A stretch of 57,117 bases of DNA. Source: a virus. Lineage: Duplodnaviria > Caudoviricetes. Position numbers and translations under genes: made by a program. Where the stretch lies: the IMG/VR virus record IMGVR_UViG_3300037096_000048, positions 1 to 57,117 of that record; one strand, given 5' to 3'. Position 1 is the stretch's first letter, and every line of letters starts with the position of its first letter. Shown here piece by piece: positions 10,025 to 18,600 of this stretch. The notes under the pieces were generated by a model that was given only the letters and a program-made list of their open reading frames with translations, was not told the origin of the DNA and did no database searches.

Positions 10025-10174
10025 ATGAGTGCTAATGTGTTGATTTTATTAATTTTGGTTGCTTCAATGGTGTTGTTTATCTGGTTTTGTGCGATGCTCA
10101 CTGGCGCACTATCCACCGCGCCAGAATGGGCTGTAGCAATGTTTTTTCTTTACATGCTCAATAGAAAGAATTGA
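10025..10174 (+). CDS. Small membrane protein (49 aa), not in ORF track
   Basis: MSANVLILLILVASMVLFIWFCAML...; SD AAGGA. Confidence 0.6.
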   Translation: MSANVLILLILVASMVLFIWFCAMLTGALSTAPEWAVAMFFLYMLNRKN

Positions 10175-10175
10175 T

Positions 10176-10319
10176 ATGGCACAAACAGAAGTCAATGGTA
10201 TAGTTTGGATATTGGACGACATTCAACTGATGACTGGGATCGGGCATGAACATCTGATTGTGAATGGTGTTTTGGTCGCTAAGTTTTTCAACGGTAACTT
10301 GGTAAGGGAGACAGTATGA
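10176..10319 (+). CDS. Small hypothetical protein (47 aa), not in ORF track
   Basis: MAQTEVNGIVWILDD...; ATGA overlap with next ORF. Confidence 0.6.
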   Translation: MAQTEVNGIVWILDDIQLMTGIGHEHLIVNGVLVAKFFNGNLVRETV

Positions 10320-10504
10320 AGAAATCACTAGAAGACTTGTTGAAACGCGTACTTAGAATGTCTGAAAATAGTGTTATTGCAGAAGATAACTTTATGCCTT
10401 CACTTATGGCTGCATGTGCATATAGTTTTGCATACCCTAATTTTCTAACAGTAGCAGACCAAGAAGAATTGAGACACATATATCAAGAATTAGATAGGCA
10501 ATAA
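10316..10504 (+). CDS. Hypothetical protein
   Basis: SD GGGAG; coupled to previous ORF. Confidence 0.65.
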   Translation: MKKSLEDLLKRVLRMSENSVIAEDNFMPSLMAACAYSFAYPNFLTVADQEELRHIYQELDRQ

Positions 10505-10600
10505 AATGTACTCTATCTTAATGTTTTGTCTGGGGTTTTTGATTCATAAGAGTATGCTGTAAAGCCGATAAATGGGATAATAGTTAAAGGGAGAAGGAAT

Positions 10601-10783
10601 ATGACAAAAGTAAATCGCGCTAAGATGTTGTTGGTGGAAATTGAAGCATTGCAGACAGGAGACTATGAAGGCCGGGTGCAAGACATGCTGATGATTGTGA
10701 ACCATATCATTCGAGATGCCCAGGTGCTGGCTAAAGAAGTAGCTGGCGATGAGAGTCAAGAACTAGAGAAGAAAGCGGCATAA
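10601..10783 (+). CDS. Hypothetical protein
   Basis: SD GGGAG/AAGGA upstream. Confidence 0.7.
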   Translation: MTKVNRAKMLLVEIEALQTGDYEGRVQDMLMIVNHIIRDAQVLAKEVAGDESQELEKKAA

Positions 10784-10784
10784 T

Positions 10785-11366
10785 ATGAAGATATTTACTA
10801 TTGCTGACATTCGTTCGTGGAGACCTTGCTATGACCCTATTAAGCACATTTCTGAAACTTGGGAAGGAACAGCTATTGACATCTTGAAAATGGAAAACAT
10901 TACTTTTGCTGACCGACTATGGGTTGTATTGCGTATTGAATTAGTTTCAGAACGTGTTATGAGACTATTTGCAGTATGGTCCTATAGACAAACCCTTGTT
11001 TTTATTAAAGACCCCGATCTTAGAAGTATCGAATGTGCAAACGTGGCAGAAAGATTTGCTAACGGTGAAGCCACACGAGAAGAATTGTCGGCGGCGCGGT
11101 CAGCGGCGCGGTCGTCGGCGGAGTCAGCGGCGTGGTCAGCGGCGCGGTCAGCGGCGTGGTCAGCGGCGGGGTTAGCGGCGCGGTCGTCGGCGGAGTCGGC
11201 GGCGCGGTCGGCGGAGTCGGCGGCGTGGTCAGCGGCGCGGTCGTCGGCGGAGTCGGCGGCGCGGTTGGCGCGGTCGGCGGCGTGGTCAGCGGCGTGGTCA
11301 GCGGCGTATTCGGCTCAATGTGAGAAACTAATTGAAATGATCGAAAAGGAAAATGGTTTGATATGA
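10785..11366 (+). CDS. Phage protein with SAAW/SAAR tetrapeptide repeats
   Basis: N-terminal RLFAVW...AERFANGEATREEL domain followed by Ala/Ser repeats. Confidence 0.8.
   Translation: MKIFTIADIRSWRPCYDPIKHISETWEGTAIDILKMENITFADRLWVVLRIELVSERVMRLFAVWSYRQTLVFIKDPDLRSIECANVAERFANGEATREELSAARSAARSSAESAAWSAARSAAWSAAGLAARSSAESAARSAESAAWSAARSSAESAARLARSAAWSAAWSAAYSAQCEKLIEMIEKENGLI
11088..11316 (+). repeat. Degenerate 12-bp tandem repeat (TCRGCGGCGYGG) inside CDS
   Basis: About 19 GC-rich units within an AT-rich region. Confidence 0.9.
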
Positions 11367-11671
11367 AAAAGACAATGAAATACACCTTGGAAGTTGGAGC
11401 CTTTAAAGATTTCAAACAGTTCTATGCCTTGCATCCTATAATGGACTGCCAAGATGAAGTGTATCTGGAAGTAGAAGTTACCCGGAATCATCTCTATGGC
11501 TTCAATGTTTACGCGGAAGACGATGCAGATATCACCGCGTTCTTGACAGATGAAACTGCAGGAAACATACTTAGAGCGTATAATAAAGATGTAGATGATG
11601 AAATAAAACGCGTTTTTGCAAGCGACGAATATTTTTGCTTTGCCGATCAGTTTGGTAATGACGACTGTTAA
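11363..11671 (+). CDS. Hypothetical acidic protein
   Basis: ATGA overlap with previous gene. Confidence 0.7.
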   Translation: MKKTMKYTLEVGAFKDFKQFYALHPIMDCQDEVYLEVEVTRNHLYGFNVYAEDDADITAFLTDETAGNILRAYNKDVDDEIKRVFASDEYFCFADQFGNDDC

Positions 11672-11684
11672 GGAGATTATCTCT

Positions 11685-11864
11685 ATGAATCCACAACTTG
11701 TTGCTGAATGGATCGCCACAGACCCTAAGATGTATATGGCCGCCGTGCAAGCCTTGACCTTGTTGGAACGGCTCAAGTTCGTGGCATCTGCATCGCATGA
11801 CTCGGAGATAACAGCCTGTATCGCTTCCCTATTGAAAGCCCTTGATCAGGCTAGGTGTGTTTAA
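11685..11864 (+). CDS. Hypothetical protein
   Basis: SD TAAGGAG before ATG 11685 (MNPQLVAEW). Confidence 0.65.
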   Translation: MNPQLVAEWIATDPKMYMAAVQALTLLERLKFVASASHDSEITACIASLLKALDQARCV

Positions 11865-11865
11865 A

Positions 11866-11973
11866 ATGATAAGAGGATTAAAACAAAAATATAGGTCGCA
11901 GTTGTGGTCGCGGTCGGCGGCAAATCCAAGCGACAGCGCTGACTTACTGTGTTATGACTGGGTGGTCTTATGA
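11866..11973 (+). CDS. Small hypothetical protein (35 aa)
   Basis: Fills the gap exactly with ATGA overlap into next ORF; contains a WSRSAA remnant of the upstream repeat. Confidence 0.4.
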   Translation: MIRGLKQKYRSQLWSRSAANPSDSADLLCYDWVVL

Positions 11974-12251
11974 AGAGCGAATTTAAGCCCCTCTTGCAGC
12001 GCTATTGGGAGAACGAGGACAAGATTAGAGCAATCGAGTTCGAGACCGGTCTCTCCGTTGATGCTATTGCGGACAATCCAGATCTGGCATCAGAAGTTGA
12101 CCTAAATCGATTAGAAGCGCTACTCGAAAACAAGGAGGGTCTGCTCGTCTCTCTCGCGAAATCCGAACAGCAGGACATTGCTCACGCGAATGTTTCGGAC
12201 CTTATGCGCTTTCGGCAACTGTCTTCTTGCGTCTCTGCCGAAGTTTCTTAA
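11970..12251 (+). CDS. Hypothetical protein
   Basis: 93 aa ORF at end of small-gene cluster. Confidence 0.65.
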   Translation: MKSEFKPLLQRYWENEDKIRAIEFETGLSVDAIADNPDLASEVDLNRLEALLENKEGLLVSLAKSEQQDIAHANVSDLMRFRQLSSCVSAEVS

Positions 12252-12370
12252 GAGCCTCACGTGTCCGAGGCAACTCTTTGACTGCCTCTGGCCGGGATTG
12301 CAGCGATAATCAATATAAGCCTTAATACCAAAAACTAACCTAAAACCCAGTATTTAACCCCAAGACTGGC

Positions 12371-12423
12371 ATAATGTACAGTATGTTACACAAAAAGTAA
12401 CATATTGGACATTATAGTGTCCA
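12371..12423. repeat. 19-bp imperfect inverted repeat plus overlapping short palindrome
   Basis: ATAATGTACAGTATGTTAC / GTAACATATTGGACATTAT; TGGACA-TTATAG-TGTCCA. Confidence 0.75.
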
Positions 12424-12436
12424 TTAGCTGCCATTA

Positions 12437-12458
12437 TAGACCAAATGCGCTAGGGCGA
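12437..12458 (+). promoter_or_regulatory. Putative late promoter motif
   Basis: TAGACCAAATGCGCTAGGGCGA upstream of the resumed virion module. Confidence 0.65.
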
Positions 12459-12563
12459 AGGCTTGAGATATCCTCAGAGCTTCAGCCCGTTGAGCCTAGT
12501 CCCCGTGCTTGCCGGTGAATGCGTCAATTTAGACGATATAGAGGGGCACGTGAGGATACCTAT

Positions 12564-13889
12564 ATAGCTAACCGCAACTGGGCCAATGCAGGCCGCAATT
12601 TCAGCATGCACGTCAAGCCAGTCACTCTAGACTGCAATTTCGTCGTAGACTCAACCAATGGTAATGGACTCGGCATCAGAAACCTTAAAGGTGCTGAAAT
12701 TGCTAATGTTTTCATGAACACTACGGCTGGAAGTCTTCCACCCGCCTCTCCCAATCTCGGCACCGCCAGAACCTATGGCCTTTTGGGTGCTACGGCAGTT
12801 ACTGGTTCGACCGGCGCCGGTAGTACAGTAACGGGCAACATCGGTGTAACTCCAGGTACATCCATCACTAACTTCCCGCCTTCCACATTCACGGGCAGGG
12901 AAGACATTGCAAACACAGCCGCAGCACAGGCTAAAGCCTTCGCGCAGGCAGCTTACATTGCATTGCAGGCTCAGACGCCTACAGGTATCAATAGTGAGCT
13001 TGGCGGTCAATCCTTAGCGGCTGGCACTTATAAAGCAACATCTGGTACGGCTGGCACATTCACTCTGAATGGCACGCTTACGCTGACAGGCTCTGCAACA
13101 GATATATATGTCTTCCAGACGACTACAACTCTGAATACTGGGGGAAGTAGCACTCCAATTATCTCCCTAGGTTCTGTCAAGGCTAGTAATATCTATTGGG
13201 TTATTGGTTCTAGTGCAACACTGAATTCTAGTAATGCCGGGACTTTCCAGGGCAATATTATTGCTCTGACCTCGATCACTGACACTCTTGGCACGGTCGC
13301 GAATGGCTCTTTAATCGCTCTGAATGGCGCCGTCACTTTGAGCGCGACTACAGCAGTCAATGTGCAGCTTCCAGCGGCCACACCACTTGGCGGCAATCCC
13401 AACCCAAATCCTGGGTACATTGCAGTCCAGTTCGCATCGTCTTACAATCGCTATCTGTATGGCGCTGCAGGCTTTGTATCTCCTCTGTCGGGCACGGTAT
13501 TGACTAGCACAGTAGTAGGTCAGCTGTACGTCATTGTCAGCTTGGGAACGGCTACAGCTGCTCAGTGGCTTGCAGCGGGTCTTCCAGCTGGCATCACACC
13601 TGTAATCGGTGCGGCCTTCATTGCTTTAGCCACAGGCTCTATAGGCGGTTCAGCAGCTGTTGAAACTGCCGGTACTAGTGGTGTGGATCACTTGGAAGTT
13701 GTGGGCGATCCAAACACTGAGTTGTTATCTGTCGTTCCAACAGGAACCGTACCCGGCGGAATCGTATCGGGCGGATGGATCTTCCTTCAAGCATTGTCTG
13801 GCGGCGTGTTGACAGCACCAGCAGATGGCACGGTTATTGGCTTGACATTCATCATGTCCGATAGTTCTGTCCTGATCAACGGCGAGTAA
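12564..13889 (+). CDS. Virion structural protein with inserted DUF3494 ice-binding domain
   Basis: 12747-13367 has ice-binding-family hallmarks (NLGTARTYGLLG, VTGNIGVTPG, AAAQAK..A..AY helix, ELGGQSLAAGTY, YVFQ, ASNIYWVIGSSATL, FQGNIIA, NGSLIALNGAVTL); best SD (GAGGA) precedes ATA 12564, alternative ATG 12519. Confidence 0.85.
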   Translation: MANRNWANAGRNFSMHVKPVTLDCNFVVDSTNGNGLGIRNLKGAEIANVFMNTTAGSLPPASPNLGTARTYGLLGATAVTGSTGAGSTVTGNIGVTPGTSITNFPPSTFTGREDIANTAAAQAKAFAQAAYIALQAQTPTGINSELGGQSLAAGTYKATSGTAGTFTLNGTLTLTGSATDIYVFQTTTTLNTGGSSTPIISLGSVKASNIYWVIGSSATLNSSNAGTFQGNIIALTSITDTLGTVANGSLIALNGAVTLSATTAVNVQLPAATPLGGNPNPNPGYIAVQFASSYNRYLYGAAGFVSPLSGTVLTSTVVGQLYVIVSLGTATAAQWLAAGLPAGITPVIGAAFIALATGSIGGSAAVETAGTSGVDHLEVVGDPNTELLSVVPTGTVPGGIVSGGWIFLQALSGGVLTAPADGTVIGLTFIMSDSSVLINGE

Positions 13890-13896
13890 GAGAATT

Positions 13897-13971
13897 TGCG
13901 CGGTAGTGGAGTGGTACCATACGAGGCTCATAACCTCAGTGACAAGGGTTCGAATCCCTTCCGCGCTACCA
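13897..13971 (+). tRNA. tRNA with CAU anticodon (Met/fMet-like)
   Basis: Acceptor TGCGCGG/CCGCGCT (1:72 mismatch), D-arm GTGG/CCAT, loop CTCATAA, T-arm AAGGG-TTCGAAT-CCCTT, ACCA end. Confidence 0.92.
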
Positions 13972-14062
13972 GAGTGACCACGAGATCCCAGGCTGAGCGT
14001 AGTTGAAACAGTTGATCAGCTTGGGATAGTAACCTTAACTAAGGGAATTCTTAATAAAGCTT

Positions 14063-15169
14063 ATGGCAGTTCCTTTAACTCCCTTAAATTTCGTTGTCCA
14101 AACAGCAAATGCTCAGAATTTCTTGAGCTGGTCTCCACAGTTGATAGGGGCAGTAGATCCAGTTGTATCCTATTCTATTTTTAGAAGTCTCGACGGTGTG
14201 ACCTATTCCAATCTCGCTGCAGTGGTGGTAATGCCGCTACCGCAGCCGCATTTACCATCTTTTTTCCTCGACACTTCGGTAATACCTGGTATCCAATATT
14301 GGTACGAACTATTTGCATTAGATAGCGCACCTAACGCAAGTTTACCCGCTTTTGCTGCGCCGGTAATCACGGCTAACCCCGGTGAGATATCATTAGGTCA
14401 AATTAGACTCATGTCCCAACAGCGAGCGGATAGAGTCAATTCTAACTTCGTTACCTTATCAGAATGGAATGATTTCATTAGGTTATCTTGTTATGAGCTG
14501 TATGACATCCTGATAACCACCTACGATGACCAATACATATCTACACCGGCTCAGTTTGTCACTAGCGCCAGCGCACAGCTCTATCCGTTGCCTAATGGAC
14601 TCTTAACATTTACTAATGGTCTTAACCCAAACTTAAATTTCGTAGCGCCCGCTCTGTACAAGCTACGCGGCGTGGACCTTGGGCTTAATCCCGGTCAAGG
14701 TGCTACGAACAATAACGGTTGGGTGAGTATCAATAAGTTCAACTTCGCGGATCGTAACAAGTATTTCTACCCTAACACCGCTAGTACTATCTATGGCGTG
14801 TTCAACATGAGTTATCGTATGCTGGGCAGCAATATTGAGTTCATTCCAGCACCGAGCGCTAATCAGCCGGTGAGACTCTGGTACGTACCAGAATTGACAG
14901 CTTTACTCCAAGATACGGACATGACAAGTTACTCTATCTCAGGATGGATATGGTACGTCATTCTTCGCGCTGCTAAGTATGCGTTAGATAAGGAAGAATC
15001 TGATACATCAGGCATTGCGGCTGAGATATTGTTTCTCAAGACGCGCATTGAAGCCGCAGCCCAGAACAAAGATGCTGCTCAACCCGATACAATCAGCGAC
15101 ACACGCAGAAGCCTATCAGGCGGTCACTGGGGCTATGGGGACTCTAGCGGTTTCGGCGGGGGCTGGTAA
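14063..15169 (+). CDS. Head-tail adaptor / tail tubular protein A-like, with N-terminal Fn3-like domain
   Basis: Position; LGQIR...QQRAD...EWNDFI, RLWYVP motifs; N-terminal LSW...YSIFRS...YWYEL. Confidence 0.7.
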   Translation: MAVPLTPLNFVVQTANAQNFLSWSPQLIGAVDPVVSYSIFRSLDGVTYSNLAAVVVMPLPQPHLPSFFLDTSVIPGIQYWYELFALDSAPNASLPAFAAPVITANPGEISLGQIRLMSQQRADRVNSNFVTLSEWNDFIRLSCYELYDILITTYDDQYISTPAQFVTSASAQLYPLPNGLLTFTNGLNPNLNFVAPALYKLRGVDLGLNPGQGATNNNGWVSINKFNFADRNKYFYPNTASTIYGVFNMSYRMLGSNIEFIPAPSANQPVRLWYVPELTALLQDTDMTSYSISGWIWYVILRAAKYALDKEESDTSGIAAEILFLKTRIEAAAQNKDAAQPDTISDTRRSLSGGHWGYGDSSGFGGGW

Positions 15170-15173
15170 GCCT

Positions 15174-15491
15174 GTGGCGTTCACACGACAGCAGACAAGC
15201 GACTTGGACCTTCAGTTAGTGCAATCGAACGTACAAGCCGCTTTGACGCCTTTACAGAATATACCTATGGTAGGCGGTAATGTTCACGGTAGCATTGCTC
15301 TTCCGGTAACCTTGAATTCAGCAGCAAACCCCACAGCCGTGTCCCATGGATTGGGTAGAATTCCGCAGTATTGGACATTGCTGGGGATAATGCAAAATAG
15401 TACTGTGTGGCAGTCACAACCTTCAGATGCCAACTTCATCTATCTAAGCTGCAGTGCCGCTGTATGCCAGATCATATTGTGGGTGAACTAA
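15174..15491 (+). CDS. Small virion protein
   Basis: GTG start just after upstream stop; VSHGLGRIP motif. Confidence 0.65.
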   Translation: MAFTRQQTSDLDLQLVQSNVQAALTPLQNIPMVGGNVHGSIALPVTLNSAANPTAVSHGLGRIPQYWTLLGIMQNSTVWQSQPSDANFIYLSCSAAVCQIILWVN

Positions 15492-15492
15492 T

Positions 15493-18400
15493 ATGTGCCC
15501 CCTGCAGGATAGTGTGATTCCTATTGATTTTGGCGGTGGACTTGACAGTAAAACCGATCCAAAGAAGGTAGTTCCTGGCAAGTATCTTTTAGTGCAAGAT
15601 GGTGTGTTCACTGCGCCAAGTCAGGTACGCAAGCGCAACGGCTACACGCCTATTCTACCTGACCGAATCAACATGGATGCCAGCACGGGCAATCTCATTG
15701 CACCCAACATGATCCGAACCTACAACGACGAATTAGTAGCGCAGGATAGCGGCAAGTTTTATGGCTATTCAGAAACAGTTGGTGTGTGGGTACAGAAAGG
15801 TAACTATCAATCCGTAGATGTAGTAGATAAGTGTTTCTTTGAGGGATTTCCCAGCACTGGTGAAGTGGACGTAGCTTCGTCCAACGGCCTTAGTGTATAC
15901 GTGGGAAGCTTCATAACTGTTCCACCGCAAGAAGGCAATACTACATTCACTGTCTATGCCGCTGCAGTGGATCAGGATAATAATAATTTCATTATACCGC
16001 CGGAAGTCATACCAACAACTTTAGCCCTTAGTACTACTGGTGAGCCAAGGGCAATAGCTCTCGACACAAGTGCTATTGGCATTACTTATGTGAATAACCA
16101 AGGTTCTGCGAATCAACTTGTACTTCGCCTATTAATTCATACCACATTAAGTATTGTCTTTGGGCCTGAAGTTGCATTAGCTTCAAACGTTGGTCGATAT
16201 GATCTAACCACGACTACAACAGGTTTTATTACACCGGGCTTTGCTGTAGCCTATATAGACACAAGTACTGGTAATCTTACAGTAAAAACCTATGATTCTA
16301 CGGGTACTCTGCAAGCTACAAATGCGACGGTGACAGGAGCCGCTAGCAATGTTCACATAAATTCCAACACAGTGGACGGCAATCTCTGGGTTTACTATGT
16401 AGATGGAGCGGATAATCTGAAGTATGTTGTTTATCCTCCTACTCTCGCCACCATACCCACACCCACATTGATCAATGGCCCTGGTGTTGCACTGTTCAAT
16501 CCTTCAGCAGTAACTATATCGAACACAACTCAGGAAGTTTACTACGGCGTAGGGTATGGAGCGACAGGATTCTCAGCGCCAGCGACAGCGCCATTTACTC
16601 GGCAGGCGACTGTAACCACGACCGGTGTAGTGACGGGGTTACAGATAGTATTACCTGGCGCTTTTCCCGCGTCTCATGCATTTACTGTGCTAGGTAGAAA
16701 CTACATGATACTGTACCATTCGCCTCCGACACAAGGAACAGTGACGGGCGGCACTTTCCCAGTTGTTAACCAAAATACATACTTTGTCGTGGACTTAGCT
16801 TTAGACTCTTTGTCTAATTCAGAACTTACAATCGTAGGACGCTTATCTGCTCAGCTGGCTTTCACTTCATTCCAGATTCCTGGTATGGCACTTAGGAACG
16901 CAGCAGCTATTGTTGGCACTAATAGTGTAATGTTTGGCGGAGTTATCACGCAAAATAACAATTTGAATGCCGATCCTGACAGCGCCGCTGGTGCTTTCAT
17001 ATGGACACTAACCTTTTACACCAACAGAACCTACAAGTCCGAAGTATCCGGCAACATGCTGATGACTAACGGTGCTATTATTGATGCATATGATGGCGCG
17101 CTAATAACAGAGTGGAATTTCAACCTTTATCCAGAACTATTGTCTGTAATACAAGTCACTTCAGGCATCGGTGCATTCCTTCCAGCGGGTACCTATTCGT
17201 ATATTGCGGTGTATGAATGGCTAGATGCTAATGGCAACAAGCATCAAAGCGAAACCTCAGTGCCTGTGCAAGTGGTAATCCCCGCATCCACAACTCGCAG
17301 TGTTGAGATAGCATTCACAATGTTAGGCCCTACGGCAAAGTCTAATGTGCAGGTGGTGTTGTACCGGACACTGGCTAACCAGAGCATTTATATCCAACTC
17401 CCTGCCGTTACTTCTGGTTCCCCCTTGGTGAATCAATCAGCTGCTGTTGCTGCTAGCTTTACTGATGACACGCTTGATACTGACCTGATTGGGGGTTTAC
17501 AACTTTATACGACCGGCGGTGTTCTAGACAATGGACCTCCTCAGCCATCTTTGGTGCTTACGTCTAGGTTGAACCGACTCTGGTACGTGGACGCCGAGAA
17601 TACTAACACCACGTATTATAGCAAGGCTTTCACTCTGCCAGGGCAAGGATTGAGCCCTAGCCAGCTGCTATTGATCAATGCCAATCCGGATCAAGGTTCT
17701 ATTGCGGGCTTGAGCATGATGGACGAAAAGCTAGTCTTCTTTAAAGACAAAGGCATAACATGGTCATCCGGCGATGGAGCAGACGCCACAGGGCAAAATT
17801 CAACGTTTGCAACTCCTCAGAACTTGCCTAGTGATGTGGGGATAACCAATAGTCCTAGCATAATACTTACACCCAAAGGTATAATCTTTCAGACTTCTAA
17901 AGGAATTTACTTGTTAGATCGGTCACTTGGACTGCATTACTATGATTCAATATTCACTGGGGCATCTGTAGAGCAGTATAACGGTCAAGTCATCTCAGAT
18001 GCTCGTATTATGAATGCCTTGAGTCAGATCAGGTTCTTGACCCAGTCCGGTTCCACATTGGTGTATGACTACATCTTTGACAAATGGGCATCGTTCAGCA
18101 ATCATTTGGGTATTGCGGCGGACATTTGGAATGGTAACTATGTGTATTTACGCGCTAAAGTGGCGAGCGGGCAGACTTTAGATGCCAGCGCTATATTCCA
18201 AGAGAATGACACAAACTACTTAGACAACGTCACGGCCTATAATCTGCAATTGCAGACATCCTGGCTTGCCCTAGGATCAGTACAAGGCTTCGAGCGAGTG
18301 AAGATAGCTCAGACATTGGGGGACTATCTAGGGGGTGCTGGGCATGGTATCCAGATAAGTTACGCGTATGATTTCATACAGACTTTTACGCCAACAAGTC

Positions 18401-18600
18401 CATATAGTTTCGATGCTACATCCGGACCATTCCAGTTCAGGTCATTCCCAGAACGCCAGAAGTGCGATGCCATATCCTTGTTGATACAAGAGATTGTCAC
18501 CGGTGTGGCTGGTGAATACATTGATCTTACGAACCTTTCATTTGACGCGGGCGTTAAGAAAGGTCTTCATAAGCTGGCGGCAAGCAGGTCAGTTGGTTAG
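15493..18600 (+). CDS. Tail nozzle / tail tubular protein B-like
   Basis: 1035 aa beta-rich; FGGGLDSKTD and RKRNG N-terminal motifs; position after adaptor. Confidence 0.75.
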   Translation: MCPLQDSVIPIDFGGGLDSKTDPKKVVPGKYLLVQDGVFTAPSQVRKRNGYTPILPDRINMDASTGNLIAPNMIRTYNDELVAQDSGKFYGYSETVGVWVQKGNYQSVDVVDKCFFEGFPSTGEVDVASSNGLSVYVGSFITVPPQEGNTTFTVYAAAVDQDNNNFIIPPEVIPTTLALSTTGEPRAIALDTSAIGITYVNNQGSANQLVLRLLIHTTLSIVFGPEVALASNVGRYDLTTTTTGFITPGFAVAYIDTSTGNLTVKTYDSTGTLQATNATVTGAASNVHINSNTVDGNLWVYYVDGADNLKYVVYPPTLATIPTPTLINGPGVALFNPSAVTISNTTQEVYYGVGYGATGFSAPATAPFTRQATVTTTGVVTGLQIVLPGAFPASHAFTVLGRNYMILYHSPPTQGTVTGGTFPVVNQNTYFVVDLALDSLSNSELTIVGRLSAQLAFTSFQIPGMALRNAAAIVGTNSVMFGGVITQNNNLNADPDSAAGAFIWTLTFYTNRTYKSEVSGNMLMTNGAIIDAYDGALITEWNFNLYPELLSVIQVTSGIGAFLPAGTYSYIAVYEWLDANGNKHQSETSVPVQVVIPASTTRSVEIAFTMLGPTAKSNVQVVLYRTLANQSIYIQLPAVTSGSPLVNQSAAVAASFTDDTLDTDLIGGLQLYTTGGVLDNGPPQPSLVLTSRLNRLWYVDAENTNTTYYSKAFTLPGQGLSPSQLLLINANPDQGSIAGLSMMDEKLVFFKDKGITWSSGDGADATGQNSTFATPQNLPSDVGITNSPSIILTPKGIIFQTSKGIYLLDRSLGLHYYDSIFTGASVEQYNGQVISDARIMNALSQIRFLTQSGSTLVYDYIFDKWASFSNHLGIAADIWNGNYVYLRAKVASGQTLDASAIFQENDTNYLDNVTAYNLQLQTSWLALGSVQGFERVKIAQTLGDYLGGAGHGIQISYAYDFIQTFTPTSPYSFDATSGPFQFRSFPERQKCDAISLLIQEIVTGVAGEYIDLTNLSFDAGVKKGLHKLAASRSVG

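Noticed and set aside
11059-11415. Alternative-frame and antisense ORFs over the SAAW repeat (poly-Arg, GAV, PT-rich)
   Set aside because: By-products of a stop-free GC-rich 12-bp repeat
12200-12345. Basic minus-strand peptide (SLQSRPEAV...KKTVAESA)
   Set aside because: In-frame stop immediately upstream; no convincing start or SD
13897-13971. tRNA as an attP/att site of an integrated element
   Set aside because: No integrase and no duplicated tRNA 3' end found
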